From the IMG/VR virus record IMGVR_UViG_3300047178_000166, positions 1-50,636 of that record: a stretch of 50,636 nucleotides of DNA, one strand, 5' to 3'. Below, piece by piece: positions 15,156-24,857 of this stretch. Under the pieces are notes generated by a model. It searched no databases. It had not been told where the DNA came from and was given only the letters and a program-made list of their open reading frames with translations. Made by a program: the position numbers and the translations under genes. Source of the stretch: a virus. Position 1 is the first letter of the stretch; each line of letters starts with the position of its first letter.

Positions 15156-15721
15156 GCGACACCCTGCCCCCGGCCTTCTGCACGCAAGCCGAGTTCGCCC
15201 GACTGATGGGTGTGAGCAAGCCAGCGGTCACGCAATGGAAGGCGGCGGGTCGTCTCGTGCTGGTCGACGGCCGCGTGGACGTCGAGGCGACCAGAGCGGT
15301 CCTGGCGCGCTTCCGGCGGGAGGGCGACCCGCTTAACCCTGGTCCGAAGCCCGTCCTGGAGGGCTGGGAGCCCAAGGACGACGAGGAAGCCGAGCGCATC
15401 GCGGCCCTGGTCATCCTGGCCACGGGCTCCGAATGGACGACGGAAGAGGCGATCCGGGTGAAGGAGAGCCATCTGGCCCTGCTGAAGCGGCTCGAGTACG
15501 ACCAAAAGTCCGGGGCCGTGGTCGCGGTCGCCGAGGTCGCGGCTGCGGTGGGGGCGCAGTTCTCCCAGGTCCGCCAGCGGCTTCTCGCTATCCCCGCCGA
15601 GCAAGCCGAGGCAATCGCTCGCTGTCGTACGGTCCCGGAGGTCCGGGACCTGCTGGAGAGCCTGATCGTCGAGGTCCTACAGGCCCTGAGCCGTGGTGAC
15701 GGCGCGCCCGATGCCCCGTGA
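15152..15721 (+). CDS. terS: Terminase small subunit (Nu1-like, N-terminal HTH)
   Basis: GTGA overlap start. TQAEFARLMGVSKPAVTQWKAAGRL is HTH-like. It lies directly upstream of and overlaps terL. Confidence 0.7.
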   Translation: MSDTLPPAFCTQAEFARLMGVSKPAVTQWKAAGRLVLVDGRVDVEATRAVLARFRREGDPLNPGPKPVLEGWEPKDDEEAERIAALVILATGSEWTTEEAIRVKESHLALLKRLEYDQKSGAVVAVAEVAAAVGAQFSQVRQRLLAIPAEQAEAIARCRTVPEVRDLLESLIVEVLQALSRGDGAPDAP

Positions 15722-17741
15722 GATACCTCCGGAACGCTACGCGGTCGGCCGGGAGGCCCTGGGGCTGGCCCTGGCCGCCGCACGCTCCCTGAACCTGGCA
15801 CCGCCCCCGAAACTGACGCTGAGCGAATGGGCCGAGCGGCACGCGGTGCTCTCGAGGGAGACGTCGGCGCAGACCGGCCGTTTCCGCGCGTTCGGCTACC
15901 AGAAGGGCCTGATGGACGCCGTGACCGACCCGTCCGTGCACACGGTGACGGTGATGAAGTCGGCGCGGGTAGGCTTCACGAAGGTCCTGGATCACGTCGT
16001 CGGCTTCTTCCTGCACCAGGATCCGAGCCCCGTGCTCGTGGTGCAGCCACGTGTGGAAGACGCGGAGGACTACTCGAAAACCGAGATTTCCCCGATGCTC
16101 CGGGACACGCCCGTCCTAGCCGATATCTGCCCCCCGGCGCGCAGCAAGGACACGAGCCAGACGATCTTGAAGAAGGTGATGCTCAACGGGAGCTCGCTGA
16201 CGCTGGTCGGGGCGAACTCCCCGGGTGGCTTCAGGCGCATCACGGCGAGGGTGGTGTGCTTCGACGAGGTCGACGGCTACCCGGCGGGCGGCGCGGGCAG
16301 CGAGGGCGACCAGATAGCACTCGGCAAGAAACGGTCCGAGACTTTCTGGAACAGAAAGACAATCCTGGGCTCGACGCCGACCGTGAAGGGCGTCAGCCGG
16401 ATCGAGAAGAGCTACGCCGAGTCGGACCAGCGGGAATACAGGGTGCCGTGCCCCCAATGCGGGCACAGGCAGGCCCTGCAATGGGGCGGCAAGGACAAGG
16501 ATTACGGCATCAAGTGGGCCCGGGACGACAAGGGCGTCGGCCGACCCGAGACGGCCTACTACCTCTGCTCGAGCGGCAACGGCTGCGTGATCGAACCGGC
16601 CGACCTGCCAGCGATGGACCGCGCCGGGGAATGGGTCGCGACCCGTCCGTGCACGGGGCACGCTGGCTTCAAGCTGTGGGCCGGGATGAGCCTGTTCGTT
16701 AATGCGGCGTGGCCGAAGCTCGTCGAGGAATGGCTGCGGGTAAAGGACTCGCCCCTCGAGCGGCAGACCTTCTACAACCTGGTCCTGGGCGAGCCGTACG
16801 AGGACCGGGGCGACTACGCGCTCTCGGAGCACGTGCTGGCCGCGCGCGGCGAGATTTGGTCGGCGCAGGTGCCTGACGGCGTTGCGGTCATCACGGTCGG
16901 AATCGACACCCAGGACGGTCGCTTCGAGCTCGAGGTGGTGGGCTGGGGAGCGAATGAAGAGTCGTGGTCCCTGGCGTACGAGGTCATCGAGGGCGACCCG
17001 GACGACCCGGAGGTGCAGGCGCAGCTCGACGCGTTCCTACGGAGGCGGTGGGTGCGCGCGGACGGCCGCGAGTTCGAGGTCATGGCCGCGTGCGTGGACT
17101 CCGGCGGGCACAAGACGCAGGCCGTGTATGCCTTCAGCAAGTCACGGCTGGGCCGTCGGATCTGGGCGATCAAGGGCGAATCGGCCCGTGGCGGCATGCG
17201 GTCGCCCGTCTGGCCCACGAAGAAGCCGAACGGCCGCAGCAAGGCATCGTTCCGCCCGTTCATCATCGGCACCAACGCGGCGAAGGACGTGATCCGTAGC
17301 CGCCTTGCCCTGGCCGCGCCCGAGCAGCTCGGCCAGCCGACGCCTGGCTACTGCCATTTCCCGGCCGACCGCGATATCACGTATTTCAGCCAGCTTTTGG
17401 CCGAAAACCTAGTCACGGTCACGCTGAACGGCAAGAAGGTCAGGCTCTGGAAGCAGTCGCCGGGGCGTGCGAACGAGGCCCTGGACACGAGGGTATATGC
17501 GTATGCGGCTCTTCAGGGGCTGATCCATCTCGGACTAAAGCTCAACATGAAGGCTTCGGACGTCTGTCGGCCGATGGTGCCCTCCGTCGAGCAGCCCCCG
17601 CGCCCCGAGCCCGTCGTCGAGGCCCTCGACGTGGCCAGGATCAAGGCATGGGTGCCCCCGAACGCGGCCGACGCGCCCCCTTCCCCGCCGCCTGCGGCCC
17701 CCGAGCGGCCAAAGGTGCGGCTGCGGCGGTCCCTGGCCTGA
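15711..17741 (+). CDS. terL: Terminase large subunit, lambda GpA family
   Basis: LSEWAERHAVLSRETSAQTGRFRAFGYQKGLMDAVTDPSVHTVTVMKSARVGFTK is characteristic of the GpA N-terminus. An alternative GTG start lies at 15693. Confidence 0.9.
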   Translation: MPREIPPERYAVGREALGLALAAARSLNLAPPPKLTLSEWAERHAVLSRETSAQTGRFRAFGYQKGLMDAVTDPSVHTVTVMKSARVGFTKVLDHVVGFFLHQDPSPVLVVQPRVEDAEDYSKTEISPMLRDTPVLADICPPARSKDTSQTILKKVMLNGSSLTLVGANSPGGFRRITARVVCFDEVDGYPAGGAGSEGDQIALGKKRSETFWNRKTILGSTPTVKGVSRIEKSYAESDQREYRVPCPQCGHRQALQWGGKDKDYGIKWARDDKGVGRPETAYYLCSSGNGCVIEPADLPAMDRAGEWVATRPCTGHAGFKLWAGMSLFVNAAWPKLVEEWLRVKDSPLERQTFYNLVLGEPYEDRGDYALSEHVLAARGEIWSAQVPDGVAVITVGIDTQDGRFELEVVGWGANEESWSLAYEVIEGDPDDPEVQAQLDAFLRRRWVRADGREFEVMAACVDSGGHKTQAVYAFSKSRLGRRIWAIKGESARGGMRSPVWPTKKPNGRSKASFRPFIIGTNAAKDVIRSRLALAAPEQLGQPTPGYCHFPADRDITYFSQLLAENLVTVTLNGKKVRLWKQSPGRANEALDTRVYAYAALQGLIHLGLKLNMKASDVCRPMVPSVEQPPRPEPVVEALDVARIKAWVPPNAADAPPSPPPAAPERPKVRLRRSLA

Positions 17742-17801
17742 TCAAAGCGGGAGTCGCGGGCCTGTAGCCTCTCCGGAGCCCTTGCCGGAGGCTTCCAGCC
17801 C

Positions 17802-20800
17802 GTGACCGCATACGTTTCCGCCGCGAACGGCAATCACAACGTGGCCGCGACATGGACCCCGGCCGCCGTCCCCGGCGTCGGGGATACGGTGACCATCAAC
17901 CACGTCGTGACGGTGCCTGCGGGCGTGACTTGGCTGCTCGGTGCCAGCCCCGGCAGCTGCGTACAGGGCTCCGCGTCGGCCGCGGTGACCCAGGTCGTGC
18001 CCGGTATCACGGTGAACTCGTACCACGGCTACGCGAACTGGCTCCAAAGCGCGATCTTGACCAATAACCCGACGTTTGCGAACGCGGGCGGTGCCTCTGG
18101 CGGGCAACTGGTCGTGGCGGCGGGCGCGACCGTGCAGATCCGGGGAGATATCGTGCTGAACGGCGGGCCGATGACGCTCGCGGCGGGCGCGCAGCTGGTG
18201 TTCGACACCTCGGCGGCACCGGCCGGGACCGTGTATCGGTGCGAGGTCGCGAACCCATACAACATCAGCACGGGCGTCCTGACCTGCAACGGCACGGCGG
18301 GCTCGCGTTGCCGCATTTCCGGCACGTCGGCGAACAACTGGTGCATCAGCGGAGGCTGGAGGACGGTCGGCGTCGAGGGCTACACGCCCTACGCCGATTG
18401 GGGCGCGGCGATGTTCTACTACACGGACACGATCCAGGGCGGAATCCCGGCCTCGACGCTCCAGATGTGCCAGACCTGCGCGACGAACACGAGTGCCAGC
18501 GGCCTGAACGTGACGGGCGGCGTGCCGACGATCGTGCTCTCGAACGGTGCCACGGCGACCTACCAGTACAACTCCGCTGCCTCGCTCTTCTGGCAGACGA
18601 CCCAGGCCCGCACCTACACGAACACGCGGCAGCTCCGCATGGGCCCTGCGGGCATCACGTGGAACGGCGCGACCGTCAAGGACTCGAACGGCAGCACCCG
18701 ATCCATCCTGTCCGGTTACTCGGTGACGCAGAGCGGCTCGACCCTGACGCTGACGACGACCTGGAGCGCGCCCGCGACTGCGGTCGGCGTCCCCGTATGC
18801 CTGATGACCGATGGATCGCTGCTTTCCTACGCGAGCGGCAGCGGCACCTCGACGCTCGTCTTCTCCGGCCCGGCCAGCCAGTCCTTCGTCTCCACGGCGA
18901 GCTGCTTCGTCGACACCTTCATCAACATCGCGGCGGGGACCATCACGGACGCCTCCGGCGGCGCGGTGCCCCAGTACGGCGAGGGCGGCGGCTGCTGGTT
19001 TGCCGTTCAGACGTCGTGGATCAACGGGTCGACCACGGTCACGGACGGCCTTCCCTGGTGGTCCTTCAGACCCGCCACGAGCGCAGCCGCCGCTTCCGCG
19101 CGCAGCCTGACCTTCGGCAACTCCACCGCGCAAGGATGCACCTCCGTTCACGTCGGAGACGGCGTGCACACGCCCTCCGGCATCAACTTCTACGGGTCGG
19201 ACTTCATCGGCGGCGTCGACAACCTGGCGATCGTGAACGGCAGCCAGGGCAGCGGCATCACCGAGGGTGGCGGCGATATCGTGCTGCTGACGGGCGGTCG
19301 CATCGGCACCGGACCGAACGAGCTGCGCCTGTTCTCGGGCTGCAACTTCGCCAGGCGCGTCGTCCTCCAGAACGCCGACGACTTCACGTTCAGCGAGTGC
19401 GTGTTCGGCGACGACCTCTACATGGGCGTAGCTGGCAGCAAGAACCTCACCGTGCAGCATTGCCTGCACGTCGTGCCCAGCGGATACGTCGCGGGTGGCC
19501 AGAACTACTTCGTTTCATTCGGCTCGAAATACGATAGCAACATCTTCTGCTTCGATAGCCCGACGCTCCGCAACTCGCACGGGCTTTTCTGCGGCTTCCA
19601 GTCCGGTGCCCTGACGGGTGTTTCCGGGACCCCGCAGTATGCCTACATCACGAACAACATAGTCGAAGCACAGCGCGCCAATGCTTCCGAAGGCGGCAAT
19701 TGGATGGCCTGCACGCCAATCACGGGCGGCAGCACCTCTGCGAGCGTGCCCTACAATACTTGCGTCGTTACCGGCAACATCGTCGTTCCGCAATACAACA
19801 GCATCGCGGGCGCGGCTGGCCCCATGTCAGGCTACTACCAGGCGAACGGCGTGCTGACGATGGACGCGGCACCGGGGCAGTTGAACTGGAAAACCCTTGT
19901 ACAGGGCAATACTTTCCTGACGCAGGCGACCGGAAACGGGTGCATCGCGGCGAACGAGGGCGGCGGCACCAGCGGGCAGTTCGCGGGCATCCTCGACAAC
20001 ATCTTCTGGTCGCCCGCCTCGACCGCCGTTCCGCACGGCCCGAGCTACTGGGACCGCCACGACAACACGGTCGCAGTGGACGAGTGCCCGGCAGCGGCGT
20101 TCGACTACAACGTGCACTACAACGGTCAGACGACCGGATACTGCAACACGGGCGGCACGATTACCTCGGGCGGCAACAGCAACGCGTTCACCGGGGGCAC
20201 GAACTACCCGACCGGGCCGTACACGGGCGCGCTCTACTCGACAAGCCTCATGCCAGGCGTGCACGACGCGCGCTTCACGGGCGCGACCCCTTTTCTCGAC
20301 CAGGACCGCAGCACCTGCAAGTTCGACGCCGTGAACGGCGGGCCGGGCACCGTCGCGTCGCTCGTCGGCCAGCTTTTCCTTCGCAACGCGAACGGGATCG
20401 GCGGGCTCTACGGGCTACCCGCGAGCTACAACGCGGCCTACACGGTCGACGGCGTGTTCGGCTGGATCAAGGCGGGCTTCTCCCCGCAGGTCACGGCGGC
20501 TAACCAGGCCCTACAGAACGGCAGCTCGACGGGCGGATACGTGGGCGCGGTCGCGCCGACCCTGCCCCCCGCTGCGGTCATCACGTCCGTCGCCGCGAGC
20601 CCGAGCACGGGCGACCAGGGCGTCGGCAGCACGGTCACGCTGACCGTCGCCTTCACCCGCGCCCTGACTTTCTCCGGAGGCACCCCGACCCTATCGCTGA
20701 ACTCCGGCGGCACCGCGACGTACGTCGGCGGGAACGGGGGAACCGCCTACACCTTCACGACCACGGTCGCGGCGGGACAGTCGGCGGCGTCGCTCCAGGC

Positions 20801-23800
20801 GACGGCCTACAACGCGAACGGCGGCACGACCGTCGACCAGTTCGGCACCGCAGCCAGCCTCGGGTCCGTCCCCGCGATAGCCGCGAGCCCGCAGATCGAC
20901 GGCGTCGCGCCGACCCTGGCCGCCCTTGCCTTCAGCCCTTCCACGGGCACCCTGAAGGCGGGCGCGTCCGTCGCGATCACCCTGACCGCGAGCGAGCCCG
21001 TCACGGTCACCGGCTCCCCGACCCTGAGCACGAACCTCGGGCCTGCAGCCTTCAACGCGGGCGCGAGCACGGCGACCTCGCTGGTGTTCGCGTTGACGGT
21101 CCCGGCTGGTCAGACCGCCTCCCCCGTCGCGGTTTCCGCGTTCAACTTGGGCGGCGGCACGGTCCTCGACGGCGCGGGCAACGCGCTCGTGCAGACGCTG
21201 CCCGCCCCGGGCGCGGCCCCCAACGCTGACGGCGTGGCCCCCGTGGTGTCCTCCGTGGTGTTCGCGCCGACATCCGGCTTCCTGGGGGTTGGCGCGACCT
21301 ACGCGATTTCGCTTGCTGTCAGCAAGTCGGTGACCGTGACGGGCTCCCCGGCCCTCACGATGAGCGACGGCAGCACCGCCCCGCTGAACGCGGGCGCGAG
21401 CACCCCTACCTCGCTCGTTTTCGGCGGCACCGTGCACGCGGGGGCTACCGCGAGCCCGCTCGGCGTATCCTCGCTGAACCTCAACGGCGGCACGATCAAG
21501 GACGGCCCCGGCAACGCCCTGAACGCTGCGGGCGCGACCTCCGCTCCCACGGGCGGCGCGCCTTCCGCTGACGGCGTGGTCCCGGTCGTCTCCTACGTGC
21601 ACGCGAGCCCGCCTTCGGGCGACGAGGGCGCGGGCCAGACGATCACGTTCACTGTGGCGACCAGCAAGGCCGTTACGGTTGTCGGCGCGCCGTCCCTTAC
21701 GCTGAACGACGGGCGCAGCGCGGCCTTCGTCGCGGGCTCGAGCACCCCGACCTCGCTCGCGTTCACCTACACCGTGCAGCCGGGCGACGTCGCGTCGCAG
21801 CTCTCGGTCACCGCCTTCGCCATGAACGGGGCGACGATCCTCGACGAGGCATCGAACGCCCTGGTCGCGACGGGCGCGGTCGGCGTCCCAACCGGCGGAT
21901 CTCCGCAAGTCGACGGCGTCATCCCGGTCGTGTCCTCCGTGGCCTTCTCCCCCGTCTCCGGCACCGTCCCGGCGGGCGGCACCATCACGATCACCCTCGC
22001 CCTGAGCAAGGCGATCACCGTCACGGGCGCGCCCTCGCTGACCCTCTCCGGAGGCGCGTCGGCCGCTTACGTCCCTGCCAGCTCGACGCCGACCTCGCTC
22101 GCGTTCACCTACACGGTGCAGCCCGGATACGCCGCCGCCCCCGTGTCGGTGTCTGGCCTGTCCCTGTCCGGGGCGACCGCCAGGGACGCCGCCGGGAACT
22201 CGCTGAACGCGTCCGGTGCGACCTCCGCTCCCACGGGCGGCGCGCCTTCCGCTGACGGCGTGGCCCCGGTCGTGTCGTCCGTCTCCGTGTCCCCGCAGGG
22301 TGCCGACCTCGGCGTCGGCGCGGCGGCGACCTTCACCCTCGCCCTGAGCAAGGCCGTGACCGTATCCGGCGCGCCCTCGCTGACCCTGACGGACGGCGGC
22401 AGCGCGAGCTACGTCGGCGCGAGCAGCACCCCGACCGCCCTGGCCTTCCGCTACGCGGTCCGCGCGGGCGACGTCGCGCAGGCCCTGGGCGTGTCCGCCC
22501 TGTCCCTGAACGGCGGGACCGTCACCGACGCCGCCGGGAACGCGCTCGTGTCCTCCGGCGCGGCCGGGACCCCTGCGGGAGCACCGCAGGTCGACGGCGT
22601 CGCACCGACCGTATCAGGCCTTTCCGCCGCCGCCGGGACCTACGGGGCGGGTGCCACGGTCGCGATCACCGTCGCCCTGAGCAAGGCTTGCAGCGTCTCG
22701 GGCGGCGCGCCCGTGCTGACGACCCCGTTCGGTGCGGCTACCTACTCCGGGGCCGCTTCCGGCTCCCAGGCCCTCGTGTTCGACCTCGTGGTGCCAGCTG
22801 GTGCCACGGGTGCTCTGACCGTGGGCCCGCTGACCGGGACGATCGCCGACGCGGCCGGGAACCCGCTCGTGGCCAGCGGTGCCACGGGCATCGTGTCCGG
22901 TATCACGCTGGACGGCGTGGCTCCCGTCGTGGCCTCGGTCACCGCCGCCGCAGGAAGCTACTTCTCGGGCGAGCAGGTCCTGATCGCGGTCGCGACCAGC
23001 AAGGCGGTCACCGTCTCGGGGACCCCGAGCCTGGCAACCTCCATCGGCACCGCGACCTACCTGCCGGGCAGCAGCAGCGCGACCGTGCTCGAGTTCTCGC
23101 TGACCATCGCATCGAACGCGGCCCTTGGCCCCATCTCGACGACGGGCCTGACCGACGCGGGCGGATCCATCGTCGACGAGGCCGGGAACGCACTGGTCGC
23201 GACCGGGGCCGCGTGCGCCCTGCCCGGCGTGGTCGTGGTGCCGAACTCCCCGACCGTCACCGGGGCGACCGCCACGGCCGGGACGTATCCTGCGGGCTCG
23301 GTCTTGAGCATCGTGCTCGGCTTCAGCATGGCCGTCGCGTTCGCGGGCCCGTCCCCCATCCTCGACCTCAACATCGGCGCGGCGCACCTCGCGAGCACGA
23401 CGGCGACCACGGCGACGTTCTCCGTCGTCGTCCCCGCCGGGGCGCAGGCCGCCGTCGTCGTGACCGACCTGAACCTGAACGGCGGGACGATCACGTCTGT
23501 GGCGTCCGGTGCCGCCCTGTCCGGGCCCTGCACCTTCTCGCTCGCGGGCGTCTTTGCCGCTGGCGCGCCGCCCGCCGTGACCGGAGTGTCCGCCCCGGCC
23601 GGGGAATACGGCGCGGGTGCCACGATCCTGGTCCGCGTGGCGACGTCGGCCGCGACCCGCCTGGTCGACGCCGCGCAGCCGCCCGTGCTCTGGACCGCGC
23701 TCGGCCCCGCCTACTACGTCGCTGCCAGCTCGACCCCGGTCAGCCTGGCGTTCGACCTCGTGGTCCCGCCCGGGGCGTCCTCTTCCTCGCTGGTCACGAC

Positions 23801-24854
23801 CGCCCTGTCGGTCGGCGGCGGCATCACCGACGCGGCCGGGAACAACCTGGTCGTGACAGGGGCCGCCGCGACCGTCGCGGGGGTCATCGTCGACGCGGTC
23901 GCGCCGACCATCACCTCGGTCACCTGCGCCCCGGGCGACTACGGCATCGGGTCCGCCCCGGCCATCGTGCTCGGACTGTCCAAGCCCGTCATCGTGTCCG
24001 GACCGATCCAGCTGCTGACCTCGGTCGGGTCCGCGACCTACGTCCCTGCGGGGAGCAGCGCGACCAGCCTGCGCTTCGCCGCGTCGGTGGCCGCTGGCAC
24101 CCTTCCCGGTACCCTGGCGGTGCTGGCCTTCCAAGCCAACGGCGGGTCGGTGGTCGACGCGGCCGGGAACGGGCTCGTGCAGGGGGGCGCGGCTGCGCTG
24201 CTCCAGGGCTGCGTCGCGGACGGCACCACGGCGACCGTCGTCGGCATCACGTCCAACCTCTCCGTGGTCGCGGTCGGAAGCACGGTCGAACTCCGGATAC
24301 AGACCAGCAAGCCGCTCGCAGTGCCGTCGCTAGGCGGCATCTCGGCCGCGCTCTCGAACGGCGCGACGGTGGCCCTGTCCTACGTCAGCGGATCTCTGCT
24401 CGGCTTCCTCTACGTCCCGGCCGGGACCGACGTCGCCGCGCCCGTGACGCTGGTTTCCTTGTCCGTCCCCGGCCCGCTGCTCGACGGCTTCGGCAACCCC
24501 GCCGACCTGACGGGCGCGGCGGGAACCATCGGTCAGGGCCTGTCGGTCGTCTCGGGGCTCCAGCCCATCCCATCGGCCTCGAGCCAGCTCGACCCCTACT
24601 GCCAGCCCATCGTCCCGGCCGAGTTCGTGGGGCTTCCTGCGGCGACGCTGACGCAATGGCTGGCCGACTGCCAGAACGCGCTTCAGCAGCTGGAGACAGG
24701 GGCGATTACCGTGTCCGTGAGCTACCAGGGGACCGGCGGCACCTCGGCGACCTTCACGGCTGCGGACTCCGACCGCCTGCGGCAGCGCATCCGGGCCCTG
24801 TCCTCCGCCCTGGGCCTGACGCCGCGCCGCCGCCCCATGCGACCGGGATTTTAA
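17802..24854 (+). CDS. Giant 2350-aa protein: beta-helix N-terminal region, about 12 Ig-like repeats, C-terminal gpW-like head-tail joining domain
   Basis: A single uninterrupted frame between terL and portal. See the findings for the domain evidence. Confidence 0.8.
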   Translation: MTAYVSAANGNHNVAATWTPAAVPGVGDTVTINHVVTVPAGVTWLLGASPGSCVQGSASAAVTQVVPGITVNSYHGYANWLQSAILTNNPTFANAGGASGGQLVVAAGATVQIRGDIVLNGGPMTLAAGAQLVFDTSAAPAGTVYRCEVANPYNISTGVLTCNGTAGSRCRISGTSANNWCISGGWRTVGVEGYTPYADWGAAMFYYTDTIQGGIPASTLQMCQTCATNTSASGLNVTGGVPTIVLSNGATATYQYNSAASLFWQTTQARTYTNTRQLRMGPAGITWNGATVKDSNGSTRSILSGYSVTQSGSTLTLTTTWSAPATAVGVPVCLMTDGSLLSYASGSGTSTLVFSGPASQSFVSTASCFVDTFINIAAGTITDASGGAVPQYGEGGGCWFAVQTSWINGSTTVTDGLPWWSFRPATSAAAASARSLTFGNSTAQGCTSVHVGDGVHTPSGINFYGSDFIGGVDNLAIVNGSQGSGITEGGGDIVLLTGGRIGTGPNELRLFSGCNFARRVVLQNADDFTFSECVFGDDLYMGVAGSKNLTVQHCLHVVPSGYVAGGQNYFVSFGSKYDSNIFCFDSPTLRNSHGLFCGFQSGALTGVSGTPQYAYITNNIVEAQRANASEGGNWMACTPITGGSTSASVPYNTCVVTGNIVVPQYNSIAGAAGPMSGYYQANGVLTMDAAPGQLNWKTLVQGNTFLTQATGNGCIAANEGGGTSGQFAGILDNIFWSPASTAVPHGPSYWDRHDNTVAVDECPAAAFDYNVHYNGQTTGYCNTGGTITSGGNSNAFTGGTNYPTGPYTGALYSTSLMPGVHDARFTGATPFLDQDRSTCKFDAVNGGPGTVASLVGQLFLRNANGIGGLYGLPASYNAAYTVDGVFGWIKAGFSPQVTAANQALQNGSSTGGYVGAVAPTLPPAAVITSVAASPSTGDQGVGSTVTLTVAFTRALTFSGGTPTLSLNSGGTATYVGGNGGTAYTFTTTVAAGQSAASLQATAYNANGGTTVDQFGTAASLGSVPAIAASPQIDGVAPTLAALAFSPSTGTLKAGASVAITLTASEPVTVTGSPTLSTNLGPAAFNAGASTATSLVFALTVPAGQTASPVAVSAFNLGGGTVLDGAGNALVQTLPAPGAAPNADGVAPVVSSVVFAPTSGFLGVGATYAISLAVSKSVTVTGSPALTMSDGSTAPLNAGASTPTSLVFGGTVHAGATASPLGVSSLNLNGGTIKDGPGNALNAAGATSAPTGGAPSADGVVPVVSYVHASPPSGDEGAGQTITFTVATSKAVTVVGAPSLTLNDGRSAAFVAGSSTPTSLAFTYTVQPGDVASQLSVTAFAMNGATILDEASNALVATGAVGVPTGGSPQVDGVIPVVSSVAFSPVSGTVPAGGTITITLALSKAITVTGAPSLTLSGGASAAYVPASSTPTSLAFTYTVQPGYAAAPVSVSGLSLSGATARDAAGNSLNASGATSAPTGGAPSADGVAPVVSSVSVSPQGADLGVGAAATFTLALSKAVTVSGAPSLTLTDGGSASYVGASSTPTALAFRYAVRAGDVAQALGVSALSLNGGTVTDAAGNALVSSGAAGTPAGAPQVDGVAPTVSGLSAAAGTYGAGATVAITVALSKACSVSGGAPVLTTPFGAATYSGAASGSQALVFDLVVPAGATGALTVGPLTGTIADAAGNPLVASGATGIVSGITLDGVAPVVASVTAAAGSYFSGEQVLIAVATSKAVTVSGTPSLATSIGTATYLPGSSSATVLEFSLTIASNAALGPISTTGLTDAGGSIVDEAGNALVATGAACALPGVVVVPNSPTVTGATATAGTYPAGSVLSIVLGFSMAVAFAGPSPILDLNIGAAHLASTTATTATFSVVVPAGAQAAVVVTDLNLNGGTITSVASGAALSGPCTFSLAGVFAAGAPPAVTGVSAPAGEYGAGATILVRVATSAATRLVDAAQPPVLWTALGPAYYVAASSTPVSLAFDLVVPPGASSSSLVTTALSVGGGITDAAGNNLVVTGAAATVAGVIVDAVAPTITSVTCAPGDYGIGSAPAIVLGLSKPVIVSGPIQLLTSVGSATYVPAGSSATSLRFAASVAAGTLPGTLAVLAFQANGGSVVDAAGNGLVQGGAAALLQGCVADGTTATVVGITSNLSVVAVGSTVELRIQTSKPLAVPSLGGISAALSNGATVALSYVSGSLLGFLYVPAGTDVAAPVTLVSLSVPGPLLDGFGNPADLTGAAGTIGQGLSVVSGLQPIPSASSQLDPYCQPIVPAEFVGLPAATLTQWLADCQNALQQLETGAITVSVSYQGTGGTSATFTAADSDRLRQRIRALSSALGLTPRRRPMRPGF
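20570..24560 (+). repeat. Coding tandem array of about 12 repeats of roughly 105-115 aa (Ig-like), inside the giant ORF
   Basis: Repeats begin DGVAPVVSSV / DGVIPVVSSV / DGVAPTVSGL. They share the consensus SKAVTVTGAPSLTL..G.SA.YV.GSSTPTSLAFTYTV.PGD....L.V.A..LNGGT..DAAGNAL. Confidence 0.85.
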
Positions 24855-24857
24855 GAC

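Noticed and set aside
17742-19469. Long alternative-frame or antisense ORFs over the giant gene (17742..19469 minus, 18239..19537 plus, 20691..21908 minus, 22614..24134 minus, 22688..25270 plus)
   Set aside because: Their translations are Arg/Gly/Pro-rich junk with no repeat logic. They are shadows of a GC-rich coding frame. The 2350-aa frame alone shows coherent domain repeats.
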